64,000 bases of DNA from Sphyrna mokarran (taxonomy: Eukaryota). Position 1 is the stretch's first letter. Each line of letters begins with the position of its first letter. Location: contig JAGIQG010000014.1 of the NCBI GenBank assembly GCA_024679065.1, positions 75,950,001-76,014,000 of the forward strand, read 5' to 3'. The notes under the pieces were generated by a model. It did no database searches, was not told where the DNA came from, and saw only the letters and a list, made by a program, of their open reading frames with translations. The translations under genes and the position numbers were made by a program. This document shows, in pieces, positions 10,728 to 20,145 of this stretch.

Positions 10728-12551
10728 TTTTCCTGTATTGAACACAATCACAGAATTGTTGTGATGCAGAAAAGGGTCATTCAGACCATCAAGCCTTCAC
10801 TGGTTTCCCAAGTTAGTATTATAACTCAAAGCATTCTCTTGCCTTTTCCCCATATCCATGTTCATTGTTTCTATTTTAATCGTCATATAATAACCACTTG
10901 GATGCCTCGATTGATGCTGTCTCCATCCTTCACCCAAGCAGTGCATTCTAGACCTGAATCACTCACTGTGTGAACATACAACATAGAACGCAACAGCATA
11001 GGGACAGGCCCTTCAGCCCATGGTGTTGTGCCGAACATGATGTCAAATTAAACTAATTCATTCTGCCTGCCACTTGTCCATGTCCCTCTATTCCTTGCAT
11101 CTACATGTGCTTATCTAAAAAACCCTTAATCGCTACTATTTAACCTGCCTGCACCACCTCCCCTCGCACCGTATTCCAGACACCTATATCACTCTGCATA
11201 AAAAAAACTTACCCCTCGAATTCCTTTGAATTTTCGCCCTTGCCCCCTTAACCTACTAGGCATGCCGTCTAGTATTATTCAGGAAAAGATTCTGACTGTA
11301 TCCCTAGCTATGCCTGTCATAATTTTACAGACTTCTATCAGATCTCTCCTCAGGCTCCACCACTCCAGAGGAAACAATCCTAGTTAGTCCAGCCTCTCCT
11401 GAGATTTCATACACTTTGACCCAGACAGGATCCTTATAGACCTCTTCAGCACCCTGTCTAATGCCTCTGCATCTTTCCTGTAAAGTGTTGACCAGAATGG
11501 ACGCAATATTCGAAGTGCAGCCTAACCAAAATTTTATAGACCTGCAGCATGATATCCTGACTCTTGCACTCGATGCCCCAATTGATAAAGACAAACATGC
11601 CATACGTCTTCTTCACTACCCTATCTATTTGTGTGGCTACTTTCAATTAGAATAAAAACCAAAAGAACAAAGACCAGCGCAGCAAAGGAGCTGGCCCTTC
11701 GGTCCCCCAAACCTGCGCCAATCATGTTGTCTAAAATAGAGCAATTGTCTATATCCCTCTATACTCCACCTGATCACGCGCCTGTCCAGATAATGCTTAA
11801 ATGTCGCTAAGGTGTCTACCTCATCCACTTCACTTCGCACTGCTTTCGAGACCCCCACCAAACTCTACGTAAAAAAAACTTACCCCGCACATTTCTACTG
11901 AACCTTTTCCCCATTTACCTTGAACTTGTGCCTCCCTGTGATCGCCATTTCTGTCCTGAGAAAGAAGCTTCCAAGTGGTCACCTTATCTATGCCCCTCAT
12001 AATTTTATAAATTACTGTCGGGTTGTCCCCACCCCCAGCTTCCATTTTTTCCAGCGTAATCAATCCTACTTTATTCAATCTCTCCTCTTAATATAGTCTT
12101 CCATACCAGGCCACATACTGATGAATCCTTTCTGTACTCCCTCCAAAGCCATCACATCCTTTAGGTAGTGTGGTGACCAGAATTGGACACAGTATTCCAA
12201 ATGTGGCCTAACCAACGTTTTGTATAACTGTAACATAATTTGCCATTTTTTATACTGAATGCCCCAGCCAATGAAGGCAAGCGTGCCATATGTTTTCTTC
12301 ATCACCCTTTCTAACTGTGTTTCCACTTTTAAGGATATGTGGACCTGTATTCCCAAATCTCTCTGTGTGTCCATGCTCTTGATGGTTCTGCCATTCATTT
12401 CATAGCTGCCGCCTGAATTGGATCTACCAAAATGCATTTGTTTCGCAATTGTCCAGTTTAAATTCCATCTGCCATTTTGTCCAACAATTTTCAACCTATC
12501 TATATCCTATTGTATTGTGTGATCATCTTCATCACTATTCACAACTCCAGT

Positions 12552-15500
12552 AATAAGAACAAGAACAAAACAGCACGGGAAACAGGCCCTTCGGCCCAAC
12601 GAGCCAGCGCCGCCACCTCGACGTTCCCACTTCTACACGCGATCCCTGTCCATGTTTATAGATCTATGGATTAAAAACCAAATTTGAGACAATTTAGGGA
12701 GAATTTGTTTTGCCAATTAGCCTAAGAGCACATCTTTGGGATGTGGGAGGAAACCAGAGCACCCTGAGAAAACCCACGCAAGCACGGGGAGAATGCGCAA
12801 ACTCCCACAGACACAGGCCCAAATCCATGTATCTGCACAGCACAGCTACAGTCACTGCGCTGTCGTGTTGCCCATCAGATGGTCCAGGTCAAGCATACAC
12901 TAACGATGTGAAGCAGCAGGATACTCTCGAAAAAGGTCCAAGAGAAGTCCTCTCACGACCCATCGCGTGTATGCCCCTCGTTAGACAACAAGGTGGACAA
13001 TCAGGGACAGAGGAGGGGAACTATGCTTAGAGCCTGAGGGAATGGGGGAGATCCTGAATGAATACTTTGCGTCGGTATTCACGCGGGAGAGGGGCCTGAT
13101 GTCTGATGCCGGCTTTGAGGATTTTGAAGACCCGTTAAATGAAATTATCATTACGAGGGACGAAGTGTTGGGACTTTTAGGTAGCATAAAGACTTATAAA
13201 GCTCCGGGGCCTGATGGTATTTATCCCAGGCTGCTAAGGGAGGTGAGAGATGACATTGCTGGGCCTCTGACACAAATCTTTGTCTCATCTTTGGACACAG
13301 GGGAGGTCCCAGAGGACAGGAGGATTGCAAATGTAGTACCATTGTTTAAAAAGGGTCAGGGGGATAACCCAGGGAACTATAGGCCGGTGAGCTTGACTTC
13401 AGTTATAGGTAAGCTAATGGACAGGATCCTCAGGGACAGGATGTATGAGCATCTGGAGCGCTGCGATCTGATCAGGGATATGCAGCATGGCTTCGTTAAG
13501 GGGAGGTCGTGCCTTACGAATCTAGGGGAATTTTTTGAAGAGGTGACAAAAACGGTTGATGAAGGACAAGCCGTTGATGTCGTCTACATGGATTTCAGTA
13601 AGGCGTTTGACAAGTTTCCCCATGGTAGGCTGATAAAAAAGGTGAAGGCGCATGGGATACAGGGCCAGGTATGTAGATGGGTTGAGAACTGGCTTGGGAG
13701 GAGGAGACAGCGGGTAATAGTGGAAGGCTCTTTTTCCAACTAGAGGTCTGTCACTAGTGGTGTGCCACAGGGCTCAGTACTAGGACCTCTTCTATTTGTG
13801 ATTTATATAAATGACTTGGAAGAGGGGGTAGGTGGTGTGATCAGCAAATTTGCTGATGACACTAAGATCCTTGGATTGGCGGGGACTGAGGAGCAGTGCC
13901 AGGCAATACAATAGGACATAGATAGGCTGGTATATTGGGCAGATAGATGGCAAATGGAATTTAATCCGGATAAATGCGAGGTGATGCATTTTGGCCGGAA
14001 TAATGTAGAGGAGAGTTATAGGATAAAAGGTAAAACTATCCGGAGTATCGAGACGCAGAGAGACCTGGAGGTGCAGGTTCACAAGTCTCTGAAGGTGTCA
14101 GTACAGGTGGAGAAAGTGATAAAGAAAGCGTATGGTATGTTAGCCTTCACAAGAAGGGGTATAGAATACAAGAGTCGGAGTCTGATGTTACAAGTGTATA
14201 GAACGTTGGTTAGGCCTCACTTGGAGTACTGTGTCCAGTTCTGGTCGCCGTACTACCAGAAGGATGTGGAGGCCCTGGAGAGAGTGCAGAGGAGATTTAC
14301 CAGGATGCTGCCTGGTATGGAAGGGCTGTCTTGCGATGAAAGATTGAACGCACTGGGGTTGTTTTCCCTTGAAAGACGTCGGCTGAGAGGGGATCTATTA
14401 GAGGTATATAAGATTATGAGGGGTATAGATAGAGTAAATGGTGGTAAGCTTTTTCCACCATTAGAATCGGATAGAACGAGGGGTCACGGCCTTAGGGTGA
14501 AGGGGGCTATGTATAAGACTAATATTAGAGGGCATTTTTTTCACACAAAGGGTAGTGGGGGTGTGGAATGCACTACCGAGTAAGGTGGTGGGAGCAGGCA
14601 CACTAGGGTTGTTTAAGGGTCTCTTGGACAGCCACAAGGGTCTCTTGGTCTGCAGATAGAGGGATATAGGAAGACTGTTTAAATACTTTATTTGTTTCCA
14701 CAGGCTATTCGGTCCACCTTGTTGACCAACAAGGTTCATGCATTCGGCAGGTCATGCGAGGGCTGCTCTTGGATGTTACTTCAGGAGTGGCCTAGTGCTT
14801 CATGTCGTTAGTGTATGCTTAAACTGGACCATCAGATGGGCAACATGACAGCTCAGAGACTATCACTGTTGCTGTGCAGCCACATGGATTTGGGCCTGTG
14901 TCTGCGGGAGTTTGCGCGTTCTCCCCGTGGTTGCGTGGGTTTTCTCCGGGTGCTCCGGTTTCCTCCCACATCCCAAAAATATGCTCTTAGGCTGATTGGG
15001 TAACAAATTGTCCCTATATTGGTCTCTGTATGTCATTAAGACGTTAGGACGGCGGCGCGGGCTCGTTGGGCCGAAGGGCCTGTTTCCCGTGCTGTGTTGT
15101 TCTTTGTTCTTTGTTCTTTGTTCAAAGCACCTGTAGGATAAAAACAAGTACATCAATATCATCATCTATTTACACAATTCCCAGGGACTCCCAAGGCTCA
15201 TGATCCCTATTTTAAATCAGTTTTCTATACCCCTCCATTCCCATTCTGTCATGTGCCCATCTAAGTCTTTCTTAAATATCTCCAGAGTACCTGCCTCCGC
15301 CACTTTACTTGGTAGCGCATTCCATAGCCCCACCATCCTCTGTGTGAAAAAACTCCCTCTAGCATCCAAATTATACCTTACCCCCCTCACCCTAAGCCCG
15401 TGACCCCTCGGGCTATTTGAGTCCATCCTAGGAAAAAGCTTAGCCCTTTTTACTCTATCTATCCCCTTCAAAATCTTTTACACCTCTATCAGATCTCCTC

Positions 15501-15563
15501 TAAGTCTACGTCTTTCTAAGGAAAACAGTCCCAATTTGCCTAATCTCCCCTCGTAACTCAGAC
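12552..15563 (-). mobile_element. Nested CR1 level 4, same family as copy A (pieces 12552-13000 and 15124-15563)
   Basis: The reverse complement of copy A reads GTTAGACAACAAGGTGGACG-AAAGCACCTGTAGG; here the two halves are separated by the 13001-15123 insertion. Confidence 0.9.
13001..15123 (+). mobile_element. 5'-truncated CR1 LINE (copy C) with disabled reverse transcriptase; innermost element of the stack
   Basis: ORFs 13042..13743 and 13954..14583 give RT motifs KAPGPDG, NYRPVSLTS, QHGF, DFSKAFD; [10 protein letters not shown] and FADDTK lie between them. In-frame stops at 13741 and 13911 and a frameshift near 14535; (TTCTTTG)n tail to 15123. Confidence 0.95.
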
Positions 15564-16711
15564 TTAGCATTATCTGCAAACTTGTTAACCAGGCCAGTTG
15601 TGTTTTCTTCCGAGTCACTTATATATAAATTACAAAGAGCAGAGGTCCCAGATCCCTGTGGAACACTACTAGTTACAGACCTCCATGCAAGAAAAAAAAA
15701 CCTTCAAATGCTTCCCTCTGCCTTCTATGGCCATGCCAGTTCTGAATCCAACCCTTGATTTCCTGTGACTTAACACTTCGCACCAAATTACCATGACAGA
15801 TTTTGTCAAATATTTTACTAAAATCCACTTAGACAGCTTGGATAGCTCTTCCCTCGTCAATCATTATTGTCACTTCCTCAAGAAACTCAATGAAATTAAT
15901 GAGACATGACCTCCGTCGTGCTGCCTGCTGCTTAAAAAAACATTCAGTTCCAAATATGTAGACATTCTATTCCAAAGAATCTTCCTCAAGAATTTCACAA
16001 TCATTGACATCAGGGCTCACTGGCCTATAATTACCCAGTTTATCCTTATAACACTTCTTAAATAAGGGACAAGATAGAGTATCCTCCTATCCTGTGGGAT
16101 CTCACCTATGGCCAAGAAGAAAGTAAATATTTCTATTAGAGGACCACAATTTCCTCGTTTGTCTCCTTCAGTAATCCGGATTAGGTGTCATCTGGCCCTG
16201 AGGATTTGTGTACCTTAGTGTTTATAATACACCTAACACTTCGTCCTTCGTAATGGTGACTTGCTTTAGAGGGTTTACATATTCCTCCGAGACACCACCA
16301 ATCAACATATTCTTCTTCTTTCTGAATATCAGTGCAAAGAATTCATTAAGGATTTCACCCATTTCCTTTGGTTCTGCACATAATTTCACTCCTTCATTTT
16401 TGAATGGAAGAACTCTTTCTTGAGCTACACTCTTGGTTTGCTATGAACTTGAATCCCAAGATCCCTCTGGACATCAATGCCGTTCAGAGTTCTGCCATTA
16501 ATCAAATTAATATTTGATTTCTCAAAGTGCAGCACCTCACAAGTTCCTGGGTGAAACTCCATCTGCCATTTCTCCACTCATATCTCCAACTGATCTATAT
16601 CCAGCTATAAAAATGGCTTTTTTCACAGCACAATTGTTTCTGCTGCAAACCACTTTAAATTGATGGTCTCTCATTCTCAATGCTTTGCGAGCTGGACGTT
16701 TCTCCTATCTA

Positions 16712-17045
16712 GAACATAGAACATTACAGCGTAGTACAGGCCCTTCGGCTCTCAATGTTGCGCCCAGCTATGTCCAATCCCAAGATCAAGCTATCCCACT
16801 CCCTATAATTCTGGTGTGCTCCATGTGCCTATCAAAACCGCTCGAAAATTCCTAAAGTGTCCGACTCCACTATCACTACAGGCAGTCTATTCCACACCCC
16901 AACCACCTCTGAGTGAAGAATCTACCTCGGACATCCCTCCTACATCCCCCACCATAAACCTTATAGTTTTGGCCCCTAGGAAGAGTTACATCCACCTGAG
17001 GAAATAGTCTCTGCACGTCCACTTTATCAAACCATAAATCTGTAT
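16712..17045 (-). mobile_element. CR1 3' fragment inserted in the outer nested element
   Basis: (AGAACAT)n tail followed by ACAGGCCCTTCGG; ORF 16876..17082 contains RDVRGRFFTQR. Confidence 0.75.
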
Positions 17046-17764
17046 TAAGCCGAATTCTGTTTGGTTTGCTCATGGTGGTCAAACACTTCTGTCAAGTCTC
17101 TTCTTAAGCTTCTCTCTCGAAGAAGAACAGGCCCAAACTGTCTAATCTATCCTTACAGCTAAAATTTCTCATCCCTCGATCTATTGTTGTTAAGCTTTCC
17201 TAAATGCTCTCCAATAAGTTCACGTTTTTCCGAAAGTGGTGACGACTAGAATGTACACAATGTTCCAGCTGAGATCTAACTGATATGTTGTACAATACAA
17301 GACAGCTTAATTAATTTAGGATGATCTGATACACAGAAATATCCTGATATTAATTATTTCGAACTGCCAAGCTGTGATTGTAATAGCTAGAAATTAACCA
17401 TCCTTTTTACAGTATCTGGCAGAAAATCTGGTCTGTTGACAAAAGAAGTGTTCCATACTTTGAGAGTTATTAAATGCTCGGTGTTCCTCACATGAAAGTT
17501 ACATTAAAACTTAATGTAAGTTTTAATGTAAGAGGCTGTAGAACTAAGTCAACATTTAAGATTAGAAAGTGGCAGTAAAACTTCATGATATCTTCTTCAA
17601 GGATACTTTCTGGGATATCTAGCCTCAACAACGTTTGTAAATCACATGGGTGTGGTGTAGCAATGAAATTACTTTTCCCAGTGGTGCATAGCTATTTAGG
17701 GAAATATTCAGACAAAAGAAAAGATTATCCTCAGAGTGACAGTTAACAAAAACTGCTTAAATGG

Positions 17765-18130
17765 CAGCTGATGGTGTGGTGGCACTGCCGCTACACTAGT
17801 AATCCATAAGCCCAATTTGCAGACATGGGTCAAATAGAACCAAGGCAGTTGGGGGAATTGAAATTTAATTAACAATTAAGTAACTGGCCTAAGTAATGGC
17901 AGCATGACAACTAAGATCAATTTCTTTAAAAAGCCATCGACTTTACTAATGTCCTTTTAGGAAAGAAAATCTGCTGTATTTAACATGTATGGCTTGAATG
18001 TGACTCCAGACCTGTGTTCTTATTTTTGAAGTTCTGCAATGAACGAGAAAAGTACTCAATTCAAAGGGAATGAAGAATGGGCAACAAATACTGCCCTTGC
18101 CAGCATCACCAATATCGTTGAAAACATTGA
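17765..18130 (+). mobile_element. Decayed near-full-length SacSINE1/DeuSINE-like SINE
   Basis: tRNA-like head (CTAGTAATCCA), central ACTAATGTCCTTTTAGGAAAGAAAATCTGC...ATGTGACTCCAGACC, tail GAATGGGCAACAAATACTG. Confidence 0.65.
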
Positions 18131-19732
18131 ATTGTCTGGTATCAAGAAATGCCTGCCAGAGATCTGCATGCTCAGAATTCCTCAAATTTTAAAAGCTGTA
18201 TGACAAAGTAACAACATTCCCTATGTATGTAAATTTTGAAAGTTGCGGTAAAACTTGTTGACATACGTCTCATGTACCCTTGCCCAGAACCCTAGATTTC
18301 ACAAGTTTGGAGGTACAGGGCCACGCTGTAGTACGTTGATTACTTTTCACAGCAATCATTAGGTGTTTGGGCAGATAGTAAGGAAAAAGGAATTTCCTTA
18401 TTTTCAGAGTGAAGGCTAATCATGATTTTAAAAATTGCTTAAATTTTTGAAATGCGTTGATGGACTTTCAAACGAAAAAATGAATTAAGAGCAAGATGAG
18501 GACACTCGGCCCTTTGAGCTTGCCTGGCAATTGAATCTGCCAATGGCTGATCTGGCTGCAACTTCAACTCCACAATTTCACATACCCCTGATAACTTTTC
18601 ACGAATCAAGAACCTACCTAAATAAATAAAAAAAACTAATATGTCTACGATTAGCTACAAAAAGTAAGACAGATGAGAGTGATCACATATCACATGCTAA
18701 AAGTATTTAGTCTACATGGAAGTGGTAATAATAACGATTATTGAAAACAGAAAGATATCTGTTCGCTAATCATAGGTGATTATGCCTCCATTGTGCAAAT
18801 TTGGCCCGTTTGGAGCATGCCTTCTAACTTTAGTCAGGTATGCTATTCCTTTATAACGATTCCAAAGGCAGCCATGATAATTATAGGCATTTTAAATTAA
18901 GGATTTTGAACTATTCAGATAATTGGATATATTGTTCACTTCAGTGAAGAGGATGGATGGGGGAGGTCCTTAAAGTATTGAATAGTTTATATTAAATTGA
19001 GGATGATAAATTATATAATAGACACCAGTGTAAGACTGGTGATGGTGGGGGGGGTACGTTAGGGTAGCTGGTGGGGCGGGGTGGGGGGGTGTGGGTGAGT
19101 GGTGTTGTTATTAAGAATGCAATAGGTATTCATGATAAGTTCGAGATTAGAGTAGCTATATTTTTCACCCGGTAATGGATGCGTCAAAGAGAAAATACAC
19201 GTGAAGTACACACTGCAATATGATGGCAGGCTGAGTGTATGGAAATGAAGCGGGGTGGGGACTATGGAAATCCAAACGGAGACGAGTCAATTTTTTTTTA
19301 GGTTAACAGGAGACAATTTACTTTTACACAAAAGAAAAGTAATGCAATTTCTGGAAATCTGAAGTAAAGACAGAAAGTGCGGGGCAATCTCAGAAGGTTG
19401 GGAAGCACAAGAGGAGAGAAAAAAGGAGTTAAGTTTCGAACGCAATATTGTGCTTCAATGAACCTGCTTTGGAAAGATTTAGGCTGCGTTTAGTAAACAA
19501 GAACATGAATTGCGGTTGCAAATACATCCCTATTATACACGAATAATAATTTGAAATAATTTAAAAGGGCCAATGAACTATGCTGAGAACTTGTGTTTAT
19601 GTTTACTAATTATTTGATCTATTGACTTATATTCTACAAATTTGATTCTAAAGATGTACATTGAATTGAAATTCCCGAGGCACCATTTGCAGAAGACTGA
19701 AATATGCAAAAAAAACGTAACTTAATTTTTTA

Positions 19733-19951
19733 TTGTGCAACACTAAATCTAACTATCTGCGCGGATTTCAGGCCATTCCGCTTTAAGAAATCAACTGTGC
19801 TTTAATTGGACGAATTTCAATGTGTATCTGCTCGCCAATCAGAAGCTGAGATGTAATTGGGGATCCGGACTGCCCCCTTCAATACCCATCCACCATCACG
19901 CACGATCAGACGCAGTGTAACATTGGGTAGCGAGCAGCTCGGCAGCGTTTG
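19733..19951 (+). promoter_or_regulatory. Variable-exon promoter 2
   Basis: Same motif order; ATTGG 19805, CCAAT 19835, ATTGG 19922. Confidence 0.85.
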
Positions 19952-20145
19952 TGCACGAATCCACGGGAAATTTTAAACAAGAAAGAAAAGATTTGAATGA
20001 AATACTATCAACGATTCAAAACACAATCAGGTATTTACTGCCTCGCAGATTTTCCAGATTTTAAAACACACTGTTATAATCGTAAAAAAAGCATAATTGA
20101 TGGTACGGACACGTTCTGAAAGAAGGGGAATGCTTTTCGCTGGAA

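Larger units (their letters stand above)
11650..16438 (-). mobile_element. Nested CR1 level 3 (pieces 11650-12551 and 15564-16438)
   Basis: Minus-strand VNKFADNAK (15564-15590) joins ITGVVNSDED (12520-12552); ORF 12075..12494 is CR1 ORF2. Confidence 0.85.
10975..16608 (-). mobile_element. Nested CR1 level 2 (pieces 10975-11645 and 16440-16608)
   Basis: Minus-strand RDLGIQVHS (16441-16470) joins LKVATQIDRVVKK (ORF 11458..11646). Confidence 0.8.
10745..17297 (-). mobile_element. Nested CR1 stack, outer element (pieces ~10745-10974, ~16609-16711, ~17050-17297)
   Basis: Minus-strand reading ...KSHF|FTQxV is continuous across 16609|10974 once the inner elements are removed. Confidence 0.7.

Noticed and set aside
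13042-14583. Possible active reverse transcriptase gene
   Set aside because: 5'-truncated with no endonuclease domain, in-frame stops at 13741 and 13911, and a frameshift near 14535.
19040-19105. G-rich tract with quadruplex potential upstream of promoter 2
   Set aside because: Low-complexity and not conserved at other promoters; similar tracts occur at random elsewhere (950, 9745, 53600).
20025-20050. CAG|GTATTT in the 5' leaders as a 5' UTR splice donor
   Set aside because: Weak match, GT is lost in leader 4, and there is no convincing acceptor at a workable distance.
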